The notes beneath the pieces are model-generated. The model did no database searches. It was not told where the DNA came from and saw only the letters and a list, made by a program, of their open reading frames with translations. Both the position numbers and the translations under genes were made by a program. 64,000 bases of DNA from an uncultured bacterium (GTDB lineage: Bacteria > Verrucomicrobiota > Kiritimatiellia > PWTM01), in assembly GCA_938005705.1 (NCBI GenBank), contig CALLML010000003.1, positions 9,272-73,271 of the forward strand, given 5' to 3'. Positions 41,695 through 51,227 of the stretch are shown piece after piece. Numbering within the stretch: the stretch's first letter is position 1; the number at the start of each line of letters is the position of its first letter.

Positions 41695-41973
41695 ATATGG
41701 TCCTGCGAGGTCATCGTCCGAAATTCATGGTTTCAAAATTGTGCAGGAGCAGACTTGTATTTTTCCCGTATCCTCACGGCACTCCCGATCGTCTGAGCCC
41801 CTGGGGTCTGACCGATATCGAGTTGCGCGGGCATGATCTACTTCTCTGTCAGAACGGTCTCCCATATTTTGGAAGGCATTGGGTGACTCCCCGAGACGGA
41901 AACGTTGTCGGACGGCGCTATGAATGCGAAAAGAAATTAGCCTCTGAACGCCGTTCCGAATTATGTCATTTCT

Positions 41974-43647
41974 TTATTTCAACACCGCGCCGGTGTTGGC
42001 GCTGGTGGCCGTGCGCGCATAGCGGGCCAACCACCCGCTGGTGAAACGCGGGGCCGGAGGTTGCCACGCGGACCGACGCCGCGCCCATTCCTCCTCGGTT
42101 AGCCGCGCGTCAAGCCGACGCGCCGGAATGTCGAGCTCGATGATATCGCCATCCCGCAGCAAACCGATGGGGCCGCCCTCCGCCGCCTCGGGTGAAACGT
42201 GTCCCACACAAGCACCGCGCGTGCCTCCGCTGAAACGGCCGTCGGTAATGAGCGCCACCTTGCCGCCCAGTCCCTGCCCCATGATGTAGCTCGTGGGCGC
42301 CAGCATCTCCTGCATGCCCGGTCCGCCTTTGGGGCCTTCATATCGAATCACGACTACATCTCCGGGCTTCACACGCCCTTTCAAAATCCCTTCGCAGGCG
42401 TCCTCCTGCGATTCGAAGATCACCGCCGGCCCCGTATGCCGCAGCATGGCCGGGTCCACGCCCGCCGTTTTCACCACCGCACCATCGGGCGCGAGGTTCC
42501 CGCGCAAGATGAACAGCCCCCCCTCCGGACTGTAGGCGTTCTCGATAGGACGGATGCACGCCGGATCGCCAATCTGGGCCCGGCGAATCTGCTCGCCGAG
42601 CGTACCCCCCGAAACGGTCTTCGCGCTCAGGTCCAGCAAGCCCTCGATACGCGAAATCTCCTTCAAAATCGCCGAGACGCCGCCGGCGCGATCCACGTCC
42701 TCCACATGGTAGAGAGACGATGGCGAGACCTTGCAGATGTTCGGGCATCGCCGGGAGAGCTCGTTGATGCGGTCGAGATCGTACGGCACGCCTGCCTCCT
42801 GCGCGATAGCCAGCGTATGCAATACCGTGTTGGTGCTGCCGCCCATCGCCATGTCGAGAACAAAGGCATTGTCAATAGCCTGACGTGTGACGATGTCCCG
42901 CGGCAGAGGTCCGCCCTCGATCGCCATTCGCACGATGCGGCGAGCCGCCATTTGCCAGAGCTTCTTGCGGCGGGGATCCACCGCCGGAATGGTGCCGTTG
43001 CCGGGCAGGGCCAGTCCGATGGCCTCGCAGAGACAGTTCATGGAGTTGGCAGTAAACATGCCCGAGCATGAACCGGGGCCCGGACAGGCGGCGCATTCGA
43101 GGGCGCGAAGTCCCTCGTCATCCAGCCGGCCCGCCTGGTGGGCCCCGACCCCTTCGAAAACGCTGATCAAATCGGCCACACGTCCATCGGGCAGATGTCC
43201 GGCCAGCATGGGCCCGCCGCTGGCGAAAATCGTCGGGATATTCACCCGCAAGGCGCCCATGATCATGCCCGGCACGATTTTGTCGCAATTCGGCAGGCAG
43301 ATCACGGCATCGAAGGCGTGAGCGCGCAACATCGTCTCGACCGTATCGGCGATCAACTCGCGGCTTGGCAGCGAAAACTTCATTCCGGTGTGGCCCATCG
43401 CAATGCCGTCGCAGATGCCCATCGTGTTGAACTCGAAAGGTGTGCCGCCGGCGCGGCGGATGGCTCGCTTGACGAGGTCGGCGGCTTTCCGCAAGTGCAC
43501 GTGGCCGGGGATGATGTCCGTATAGGCGTTGCACACAGCAATAAACGGCTTGCGGATATCGTCATCCGTCAGCCCCGTCGCACGGAGCAGACTGCGATGA
43601 GGGGCGCGCTCCGGGCCTTCCTTCACAATGCGGCTGTTCATATCCAC
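41974..43647 (-). CDS. ilvD: Dihydroxy-acid dehydratase
   Basis: [74 protein letters not shown]. Confidence 0.97.
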   Translation of the reverse strand: MDMNSRIVKEGPERAPHRSLLRATGLTDDDIRKPFIAVCNAYTDIIPGHVHLRKAADLVKRAIRRAGGTPFEFNTMGICDGIAMGHTGMKFSLPSRELIADTVETMLRAHAFDAVICLPNCDKIVPGMIMGALRVNIPTIFASGGPMLAGHLPDGRVADLISVFEGVGAHQAGRLDDEGLRALECAACPGPGSCSGMFTANSMNCLCEAIGLALPGNGTIPAVDPRRKKLWQMAARRIVRMAIEGGPLPRDIVTRQAIDNAFVLDMAMGGSTNTVLHTLAIAQEAGVPYDLDRINELSRRCPNICKVSPSSLYHVEDVDRAGGVSAILKEISRIEGLLDLSAKTVSGGTLGEQIRRAQIGDPACIRPIENAYSPEGGLFILRGNLAPDGAVVKTAGVDPAMLRHTGPAVIFESQEDACEGILKGRVKPGDVVVIRYEGPKGGPGMQEMLAPTSYIMGQGLGGKVALITDGRFSGGTRGACVGHVSPEAAEGGPIGLLRDGDIIELDIPARRLDARLTEEEWARRRSAWQPPAPRFTSGWLARYARTATSANTGAVLK

Positions 43648-43748
43648 GATTCTCCCGTTTTAACTTCGGCCGACACTTCACGATCAATCATTCAAACACG
43701 ATTGAATGAAGCCCGCACGTAAAAAGAGAAGGGAATGGGGCCGAAACG

Positions 43749-45509
43749 TCACGCGATCCGATATTTGGGCCGCGGTTGATAGCTTGTGTGGAGCAATTCG
43801 TGGGCCTTATGACTGAGCGGCGCGCCGAGGAATTCTGCGTAAAGCTTCTGAATATACGGATTCTGGTGCGAACAACGTTTCGCGCTCGTCGCATCATCCT
43901 GATAGATGCCGGCCGCGCGCTTGCGCCGCACTTCGTCGTCCGCCCCGTAGGGCTGACCGCCACCGCCGACGCACCCGCCGCGACACGCCATGACCTCGAT
44001 GAAGTGGTACGGCAACTCGGTTCCCTTCTTTCGCGCCTCACGGACGCGGTTAAGCACGGTCTCGATGTTGCTCATCCAGTGGGCGGCCGCCACACGTATT
44101 TCATGTCCTCCAAACCGGACCGTTGCCTCTTTGACGCCCTGAAGGCCGCGGATTTCGGTGAAGTTCACGTCCTCCAGCTCCCTCTTCGTCACCAGATAAT
44201 GCGCTGTTCGCAGGGCCGCCTCCATCACACCGCCGGTGGCACCGAAGAGCACGCCGGCCCCGGTGTACTGGCCCAGCAGCGAATCGCATTCCTCATCCGG
44301 CAGATTGGCGAAGTCGATGCCGGAGGCTTTGATCATGCGCGCAAGCTCGCGCGTGGTGATCGAAACATCAATATCCTGGAGCCCGCTGGAGAACATTTCC
44401 TTCGAGCGGCTGATCTCGAATTTCTTCGCCGTGCAGGGCATGACCGACACCATGAAGATTTTTTCCGGGGGAATGCCCATCACCTTGGCGTAGTATGTCT
44501 TGGCCATCGCGCCGACCATCAGGTGCGGCGATTTGGCGGTCGAAAAACTGCTGATGAAATCGGGTGCGAATTTCTCCATATAGTCCACCCACGCCGGACA
44601 GCAGCTCGTGATCAGCGGGAGTGTTCCCTTGCCGTGTACGAACCGTTCCACAAATTCGGTGCCTTCTTCCATGATGGTTAGATCAGCGCCGAAATTGGTG
44701 TCGAAAACGGCCTCGAATCCGAGTCGCCTCAGCGCCGCGTAGGTTTTGCCGGTGAGGAGGGTGCCGGGCTCAAAGCCGAACGCTTCGCCGATGGCCACAC
44801 GTACGGCCGGCGCAATTTGCACCACGCAGTGCTTTTCCGGATCCTGAAGCGCCGCCCAGACTTCGGGCGCATGGGTGCGCTCGTAGATCGCGCCGACGGG
44901 GCAATGCGCGCTGCACTGGCCGCATTTGATGCAGGGACTATCGTTCAGGAGGACATCCGCCGCCGGCGCGATGCGGGTCTGATCGCCGCGTCCGAGAAAC
45001 TCGAGTGCCCACACATTCTGCATCTGCTGGCAGACGATCGCGCAGCGTCCGCACTTGACGCACTTTTCGGGGTTAAGCACCAGCGAAGGCGTGGAGGTGT
45101 CGGGCGGAATCTCCGCCACCCGTTTTTCGAACCGCACCTCCCGTATACCGAAATCCGCGGCAAGTTTCTGCAACTCACAATTGCCGTTGCGCGGGCACTG
45201 CAGGCAGTCGTTCGGATGCGTGGAAAGAATCAGCTCCAGCACGGACTTTCGGACCTGATAGATTTCCGGATCGTGGGTCGTGATCTTCATGCCAGGGCCC
45301 ACGGGCGTGGCGCAAGCGCGCAGCATCTTGGGCGAACCCTCCACCTTGACCACACACACCCCGCAGGCGGCCCACGCCGGCAAGTCAGGGTGATAGCATA
45401 GCCGCGGGATTTTCACCTGCACTTGTTGGGCGGCCTTCAGGATGGTCGTGCCCGGCGCGACATCGAGATCAATACCGTTGATTTGAACGCGAATCTTTTC
45501 GTTGGCCAT
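43749..45509 (-). CDS. hydA: [FeFe]-hydrogenase catalytic subunit (HydA/HndD-like)
   Basis: N-terminal 2Fe-2S, His-ligated 4Fe-4S and 2x4Fe-4S motifs; H-cluster motifs ITSCCPAW, MPCTAKKFE, EVMACRGGCVGGGGQP. Confidence 0.96.
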   Translation of the reverse strand: MANEKIRVQINGIDLDVAPGTTILKAAQQVQVKIPRLCYHPDLPAWAACGVCVVKVEGSPKMLRACATPVGPGMKITTHDPEIYQVRKSVLELILSTHPNDCLQCPRNGNCELQKLAADFGIREVRFEKRVAEIPPDTSTPSLVLNPEKCVKCGRCAIVCQQMQNVWALEFLGRGDQTRIAPAADVLLNDSPCIKCGQCSAHCPVGAIYERTHAPEVWAALQDPEKHCVVQIAPAVRVAIGEAFGFEPGTLLTGKTYAALRRLGFEAVFDTNFGADLTIMEEGTEFVERFVHGKGTLPLITSCCPAWVDYMEKFAPDFISSFSTAKSPHLMVGAMAKTYYAKVMGIPPEKIFMVSVMPCTAKKFEISRSKEMFSSGLQDIDVSITTRELARMIKASGIDFANLPDEECDSLLGQYTGAGVLFGATGGVMEAALRTAHYLVTKRELEDVNFTEIRGLQGVKEATVRFGGHEIRVAAAHWMSNIETVLNRVREARKKGTELPYHFIEVMACRGGCVGGGGQPYGADDEVRRKRAAGIYQDDATSAKRCSHQNPYIQKLYAEFLGAPLSHKAHELLHTSYQPRPKYRIA

Positions 45510-45539
45510 AGAAAAATTTCCTTTTTTGTGCGCAAATGT

Positions 45540-47327
45540 TCAGCCCCGGCTCACCGCCTCAAACTTGCAGACCCGGTAACATTCGCCGCACTTGATGCAA
45601 CGGGCGGCATCAATCACATGGATCTTGCGTCGCTCGCCGGATATACAATTGACCGGGCAATGTCGCGCGCAAAGCGTGCAGCCAATACATTTTTCAGGCA
45701 AAATATAGTACGTCACCAGGTCGAGGCACTTGCTGGCAGGGCATTTCTTGTCTCGAATATGGGCTATATATTCCTCCGGAAAATGCCGAAGGGCGGAGAG
45801 CACCGGATTCGGCGCCGTCTGACCCAGGCCACAGAGCGATGCCTTCTGCAACGCGTGGCCGATGATTCGCAGCTGATCGACGTCCTCATCCGTTCCCTGC
45901 CCTTTCGTGATCTTCGTCAACAGATTGAACATCGAACGTCCGCCGACACGGCACGGCGCGCATTTGCCGCACGATTCATCCACAGTGAATTCAAGATAGA
46001 ACTTGTTGACGTCCACAATGCAGTCATCCTCATCCATGACAATAAGGCCGCCGGACCCCATGATCGAGCCGAGGGCGCCGAGTGACTCATAATCAATCGG
46101 CGTATCGAGGTACGCGGCGGGGATGAGACCGCCTGAGGGGCCGCCGGTTTGTGCCGCCTTGAATTTTTTGCCGCCTTTGATGCCGCCGCCGATGTCGAAG
46201 ATGATCTCGCGCAGCGTCGTGCCCATGGGCACCTCGATCAGGCCAGAGTTGACAACTTTGCCGGTGAGCGCGAAGACCTTCGTACCCTTCGAGGTGGCCG
46301 TACCAATCGAGCCGAACCATTTTCCACCGCGAAGCATGATCACGGGAATATTGGCCAGCGTTTCGACGTTGTTGATGACCGTCGGTTTCCCCCACAATCC
46401 GCGCACGGCAGGGAACGGCGGACGGGGAATCGGCATGCCGCGCTTACCTTCAATAGAGGCGATCAGCGCGGTTTCTTCGCCGCAGACGAAGGCACCGGCG
46501 CCCAGACGCAGCTCGATGTCGAAATCGAAACCGCTGCCGAGGATGTCGCGGCCCAGAAGACCATATTCGCGGGCCTGTGTGATCGCAATTTCAAGCCGTT
46601 TGATGGCCAGCGGGTATTCGGCGCGGATATAGATATAACCCTGACGAGCGCCGACCGTACGGCCGGCGATCGCCATCGCCTCCAAAACGGAGTGTGGATC
46701 GCCCTCAAGGGTGCTGCGATCCATGTAGGCGCCAGGGTCGCCCTCATCGGCGTTGCAGATGATGTATTTCTCGTCGCTAGGGACTTCTTTTGTGAAAACC
46801 CACTTGCGCCAGGTCGGGAAACCGGCGCCGCCGCGCCCCCGAAGCCCGGATTCACGCAATTCGGCGATGACGTCCTGTGGCTTCATCTCAAAGAGGACCT
46901 TTTCCAGCGCAGCATATCCATCCCGCGCAATGTAATCGTCAATGCTCTCCGGGTCGATGTAGCCGCAATTGCGCAAAACGATTCGAAATTGCTTGTGATA
47001 GAACGCGCTTCCTTCCAGACGGGTAAGCCGCCGGCTTTCCTCTTGATCATATCGCAGGCGGGTGACCGGACGACCTCGGAGCACGTGTTCGAAAACAATT
47101 TCCGCCGCGTCGTCGGGCTTCACATTCACGTAGAGGGTCTCATCCGGCAGGATTTTGACCACGGGGCCCTTTCGGCAGAAACCGAAGCATCCGGTTCGCA
47201 CCACCTGGGTATCCTGGTCCGCGCCGCGATCACGGATTTCTCGGCGAAAAGCATCACAAAGGTTTGTTCCCAAATCGGATCCGCATCCTTCGCCGCCGCA
47301 AACAAGAACAAATTTCTTAAAGGCCAT
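45540..47327 (-). CDS. hydB: Hydrogenase NADH/FMN-binding subunit (NuoF-like, HydB/HndC)
   Basis: SGLRGRGGAGFPT, CNADEGDPGAYMDR, GAGAFVCGEETAL, GGPSGG, ESCGKC.PCR, C-terminal 2x4Fe-4S; start set at ATG 47327. Confidence 0.94.
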   Translation of the reverse strand: MAFKKFVLVCGGEGCGSDLGTNLCDAFRREIRDRGADQDTQVVRTGCFGFCRKGPVVKILPDETLYVNVKPDDAAEIVFEHVLRGRPVTRLRYDQEESRRLTRLEGSAFYHKQFRIVLRNCGYIDPESIDDYIARDGYAALEKVLFEMKPQDVIAELRESGLRGRGGAGFPTWRKWVFTKEVPSDEKYIICNADEGDPGAYMDRSTLEGDPHSVLEAMAIAGRTVGARQGYIYIRAEYPLAIKRLEIAITQAREYGLLGRDILGSGFDFDIELRLGAGAFVCGEETALIASIEGKRGMPIPRPPFPAVRGLWGKPTVINNVETLANIPVIMLRGGKWFGSIGTATSKGTKVFALTGKVVNSGLIEVPMGTTLREIIFDIGGGIKGGKKFKAAQTGGPSGGLIPAAYLDTPIDYESLGALGSIMGSGGLIVMDEDDCIVDVNKFYLEFTVDESCGKCAPCRVGGRSMFNLLTKITKGQGTDEDVDQLRIIGHALQKASLCGLGQTAPNPVLSALRHFPEEYIAHIRDKKCPASKCLDLVTYYILPEKCIGCTLCARHCPVNCISGERRKIHVIDAARCIKCGECYRVCKFEAVSRG

Positions 47328-47335
47328 ATCACGCC

Positions 47336-47749
47336 TCACTCTTTTCTTTCGCCGCTCGGCGCATTCCATAGATCGGCGGCGGGTTTGTCGTAAATGTGAT
47401 CATCCAGGAGCTGTCCGCCGATCAGATGTTCGCGGACGATTCGGCGGGCAATTTCCGAATTGACCCTTCCGTACACCACCGTCGGCAGGCCGGGGGCTGC
47501 CACCTCGACGGTTGGCTCGGAAAAACAGAGCCCGATGCAACCGGTCCGCTGAAGCTTCACATGATCCATCCTGTTTGCCGCCAGTTCGGCGGCAAACGCA
47601 TCAAAAGCCTCTTGGGCGCCCGCTGCCACGCCGCAGCTGCTCATTCCGACCACCACTTGCGCCGCCGGAATCACCGATGGGGATGGATGCCGTTCAGCTA
47701 TTTTGGCTTCGCGCATTTTTTTCAAGTCGTCCCGTGTCAGTCGGCCCAT
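47336..47749 (-). CDS. Thioredoxin-like (2Fe-2S) ferredoxin hydrogenase subunit (HydD/HndB)
   Basis: VVGMSSCGVAAGA, TGCIGLCFSEPTVEV, YGRV, IVREH. Confidence 0.88.
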   Translation of the reverse strand: MGRLTRDDLKKMREAKIAERHPSPSVIPAAQVVVGMSSCGVAAGAQEAFDAFAAELAANRMDHVKLQRTGCIGLCFSEPTVEVAAPGLPTVVYGRVNSEIARRIVREHLIGGQLLDDHIYDKPAADLWNAPSGERKE

Positions 47750-47794
47750 GTCAGCTTCCTTTCCTTCTTATCGGAATCTTCGAAAATTTCTCGT

Positions 47795-48379
47795 TCACTT
47801 TGCGGACAGCGATTGGCCTCCGTATTTCGCGAGGATGTCGGCCAGATGCTCTTTGGTCATACGTCCATACACCTGACCATCCACCGTCAACACGGGCGCC
47901 AATCCGCAACATCCCAGACAACGCACCGCCTCAACAGAAAACTCGCCATCTTCCGTAACGGTATTCAGTCCAGTCCCCAACAAGGTCTCCAACTCCTGGA
48001 TGAGGTCCTCCGCCCCCCTCAGATAGCACGCCGTCCCCATGCACACAGAGATCAGATGCCGGCCAGGCCTTTTCAAGCGGAAGAAATGATAAAACGTGAT
48101 GACGCCGTAAATTCGGGCCAGCGGAACACGCAGCAAATCCGCCACCTGAAAGGCAATGGCTCGCGGGATATAGCGATAGGTCTCCTGAATCCGGTGCAGT
48201 ACCATGATTAAATTGCCGGGCTTGTCCCGCCACCGTATGATAAAATCGGTCAATTCAGGGGTCAGTTTCTCGGTGCCGACCGATCCCGTCCCTTCTGTTT
48301 TCTCCCGGGCATTGGAATGCCCACTATCGTCAGGCCGGATAGTCAATCCCTCGCTCGATTCCTGCCTCTCCGCAATCAT
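47795..48379 (-). CDS. hydC: Hydrogenase 2Fe-2S subunit (NuoE-like, HydC/HndA)
   Basis: LIMVLHRIQE, YGVITFYHFF, CMGTACYLRG, CLGCCGLAPV. Confidence 0.92.
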   Translation of the reverse strand: MIAERQESSEGLTIRPDDSGHSNAREKTEGTGSVGTEKLTPELTDFIIRWRDKPGNLIMVLHRIQETYRYIPRAIAFQVADLLRVPLARIYGVITFYHFFRLKRPGRHLISVCMGTACYLRGAEDLIQELETLLGTGLNTVTEDGEFSVEAVRCLGCCGLAPVLTVDGQVYGRMTKEHLADILAKYGGQSLSAK

Positions 48380-48522
48380 GCCGCTTCTCCACTTTCCTTT
48401 TTTGTCATATCAACTCTGAAAACAAATAATGAGAGCTATCAGTCCAATATAGCAGAAATGAACCCAAATACAATAAAAAATTTAGCAAAGAATGCGCTAT
48501 ATTGTTGACAAATCGAACTATA

Positions 48523-48540
48523 TTGTGATGAATTTCACCA
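48523..48540. promoter_or_regulatory. Rex operator
   Basis: TTGTGATGAATTTCACCA versus consensus TTGTGAAnnnnTTCACAA; in the AT-rich divergent hydC/rex spacer, just before the rex ATG. Confidence 0.8.
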
Positions 48541-48546
48541 GGAACG

Positions 48547-49191
48547 ATGAATGTGTCGGCTAAAGATACGATTTCTAGGCTCCTGAGGTGTCGGGCGGTA
48601 TTGGAAAAGCTCAAGCTCTTGGGCATGGTCAAAGTCTACTCTGACAATCTGGCGGCGGCGGTGGGCGTTTCAGCGGCACTGGTGCGCAAGGATTTCTCGA
48701 TCTTCGGTCTGACGGGTCATCGGCGCGGGGGCTATCGAATCGACGACTTGCTGTCGCAACTGAATCGGATTCTGGGACGCGATCAGCCACTCAAGGTCTT
48801 GATTGTGGGTTGCGGCAAGATCGGAACCGCACTGATGAACTACCGCGGATTTGGCACCCAAGGCGTACGGATCATCGCCGGATTCGACGTGGATCCAGAG
48901 AAAATCAATCCGAATGCTGTTCCGCCAGTTTACCCGATGGACGACTTTGAGCGGGTGATGAACGCGGAGCAGATTCGCGTGGCTATTCTTGCGACGCCGG
49001 AGAACACTGCCGCTCACGTGGCCGAGCGGATGATCATGGCGGGCATCCGCGGTATATTGAATTTCGCGCCCATACCCCTTAAAGGCGGACCATCTTGTCT
49101 GGTACAAAACATCGACATCGCCCTCGAACTTGAAAACCTTTATTATTTTGTACGCTTGGGGGAGGCGACGGAGGAGCGGCGCGGGAAATGA
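48547..49191 (+). CDS. rex: Redox-sensing transcriptional repressor Rex
   Basis: TISRL, VRKDFS.FG..G.R.GGY, VGCGKIGTAL..Y, GIRGILNFAP. Confidence 0.95.
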   Translation: MNVSAKDTISRLLRCRAVLEKLKLLGMVKVYSDNLAAAVGVSAALVRKDFSIFGLTGHRRGGYRIDDLLSQLNRILGRDQPLKVLIVGCGKIGTALMNYRGFGTQGVRIIAGFDVDPEKINPNAVPPVYPMDDFERVMNAEQIRVAILATPENTAAHVAERMIMAGIRGILNFAPIPLKGGPSCLVQNIDIALELENLYYFVRLGEATEERRGK

Positions 49192-49394
49192 GCGGTGACG
49201 TCCCGTGGCAACACCCCCGCGAGACGTTAGCGAGGGGGGCATAGTCATAGTCATTGAGCGCCTCTTTTTCTGCGCGCAAAAGGGGATCCATAATCGAGAG
49301 GGGCGTCTGCGTTTGACATACCGGGGAAGATTGCTTATTAGTATCAGTTGTGATGGCGAATCGATGCACGACGGGACGAGGGCGGGGCCAATCC

Positions 49395-49745
49395 GTGAGA
49401 AGGCGTTCCACCACAAGGAATCAGGTTTTGGTTTGCTGTGAGGATCAAGAGCCCGAATATCAACCGGAAACATTCCGTTTCTGCCCCCTGGGCGTCCAGT
49501 TTTTGACACGCCATCGGTTGCCGGAATACAAGCAGATCGAATTAAACCTGGTCGGCGGACCCGGTGCTCAACTGCCTCACCCGGCGCGTTGTGAGGGCGT
49601 TGTGGTGCATAGTGAATACGACCGTCATCGTCGGCGATTCCGCAACTGGATTCTCTTCATCAATCTATCGGACGATATTCGTGGCCACTTCCGCTGTCTC
49701 GCTGAAAAGTCAGGCTGGTTATGTCCGCACTGCGAGAACTTCTAG
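49395..49745 (+). CDS. Small hypothetical protein, possibly PilZ-like barrel, with C-terminal CPHC
   Basis: GVQF..LP....L.L and CEGVVVHS..ILF pattern resembles PilZ barrels; overlaps pilT; GTG start uncertain. Confidence 0.5.
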   Translation: MRRRSTTRNQVLVCCEDQEPEYQPETFRFCPLGVQFLTRHRLPEYKQIELNLVGGPGAQLPHPARCEGVVVHSEYDRHRRRFRNWILFINLSDDIRGHFRCLAEKSGWLCPHCENF

Positions 49746-50812
49746 ATCGCGCGACACAGGTGGAGGCGTCGGACATTCATTTGGCGCCGGATCGCCCTCC
49801 GGCCTTTCGTGTGCGAGGCGAATTGGTTGAAAGCGGTTTTCCTCCAATGCCTTCGGGCGAGCTGGCAACAATTGTCGCCGATTTGATTCCGCCTCATCAG
49901 CGGGACGCCTATGAACGAGAGCACGAAGTGGATTTTTCCCTTATTGAACCGGGGGTCGGCCGCTTTCGCGTCAACGTCTTTCACGGTGGTGGTCTGCCGC
50001 ATATGGCGCTACGGCATGTGAAGGAGATCATACCAACGATTGAGGAACTGCATCTGCCGCCTATTCTCAAGAAACTGGCACTGGCCACTCGCGGCATCGT
50101 GTTAGTTTGTGGGGCTTCGGGTTGTGGAAAATCCACGACACTAGCGGCCATGATTGAGCATATCAATCGCTCCGAACATATGCGCATCCTGACCGTCGAG
50201 GATCCGGTAGAATATCTTTTTGTGGACCGTCTTTCGCTCATCTCCCAACGAGAAGTCGGGCTGGACACGCTATCCTTTCACCATGCCCTTACGCATCTCA
50301 TGCGGCAGGACCCCGACGTTATCATGATCGGCGAAATGCGGGACGCGGAGAGTTTCCGAGCAGCGCTACGCGCCGCCGAAACCGGTCACTTGGTGTTCAG
50401 CACCTTGCATTGCTCCACGGCCGCGCAGGCGCCTCAGCGAATTCTGGATATGTTCCCCTCTTCCGAGCGCGAACCGCTGCGCCTCGCGCTGGCCGACACC
50501 CTGTACGCGGCATTCTGTCAACGGCTCATTCCCGCCACGGCCGGCGGCGTTCTGCCCGCGGTGGAGATTCTGATTAATACGCCGATTGTAAGAAACCTGC
50601 TGATCAAGGGTTCGTTGGAGAAGCTCCCTGCTGCTATCGAAACGGGCGGCGAAGATGGTATGCAAACTTTTAACCAAGCCATCTACAATCTCGTCCGTCG
50701 GGGTGATATTACCGAGGCAGAGGCCTTGAGGCACGCCGACAACCCCGAAGCCCTGCGGATGAACCTCCGGGGCATTTTCCTCGACGAGGCACGTCGAATT
50801 CTTTCGGAGTGA
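49721..50812 (+). CDS. pilT: PilT/PilU family type IV pilus retraction ATPase
   Basis: ASDIHL, RFRVNVF, GASGCGKSTTLAAMI, TVEDPVE, QREVG.DT, RQDPDVIMIGEMRD, AETGHLVFSTLH, GMQTFNQ. Confidence 0.92.
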   Translation: MSALRELLDRATQVEASDIHLAPDRPPAFRVRGELVESGFPPMPSGELATIVADLIPPHQRDAYEREHEVDFSLIEPGVGRFRVNVFHGGGLPHMALRHVKEIIPTIEELHLPPILKKLALATRGIVLVCGASGCGKSTTLAAMIEHINRSEHMRILTVEDPVEYLFVDRLSLISQREVGLDTLSFHHALTHLMRQDPDVIMIGEMRDAESFRAALRAAETGHLVFSTLHCSTAAQAPQRILDMFPSSEREPLRLALADTLYAAFCQRLIPATAGGVLPAVEILINTPIVRNLLIKGSLEKLPAAIETGGEDGMQTFNQAIYNLVRRGDITEAEALRHADNPEALRMNLRGIFLDEARRILSE

Positions 50813-50818
50813 CTGAAC

Positions 50819-51109
50819 TCAGAGCCGCCCTTCAGCGCGGAGCTGCGCGTCAATTTGAGCTTCCGCCTCCAGCCAGTTGGACCGTGGGTCGCTGTGCGCG
50901 CCTTTCTTCAATGCCAGGTAGTAGGCCGCCTCCGCAATCATCCGATGCCGCTCTTCTGGCGTTACACGCGCCGGGCTCTTGGCAGTCGCTTTCGATACCT
51001 CCGCGGATTCAGGCAAAGGTGGCGTCGGCGCAGCCTCACCGGCCGCTCGACGGCGCGCCACTCGGCGGGGTCCGCTGCTTCCCGCAGGATTCTTTTTTGT
51101 TGGTGCCAT
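50819..51109 (-). CDS. DUF2934 domain protein with basic low-complexity N-terminus
   Basis: ERHRMIAEAAYYLALKKG..NWLEAEAQI; SD AAGGAG upstream. Confidence 0.85.
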   Translation of the reverse strand: MAPTKKNPAGSSGPRRVARRRAAGEAAPTPPLPESAEVSKATAKSPARVTPEERHRMIAEAAYYLALKKGAHSDPRSNWLEAEAQIDAQLRAEGRL

Positions 51110-51227
51110 GGCCCAGTTCTCCTTTACCGTGTGTGGCGCCGTATTCTGTTCTGCACGGACGCCTTTATGATTTTAGACAACACGTTCTCGATTATATAGT
51201 AGGGCCGTGTTACGTCAATGCGTGAGA

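Noticed and set aside
41695-41973. Continuation of ORF 41370-42044 between thiE and ilvD
   Set aside because: Overlaps both flanking genes and has no recognisable motif; treated as intergenic
48505-48533. TTGACA as the -35 of the rex promoter
   Set aside because: No good -10 hexamer at 16-18 bp spacing, so not called as a promoter
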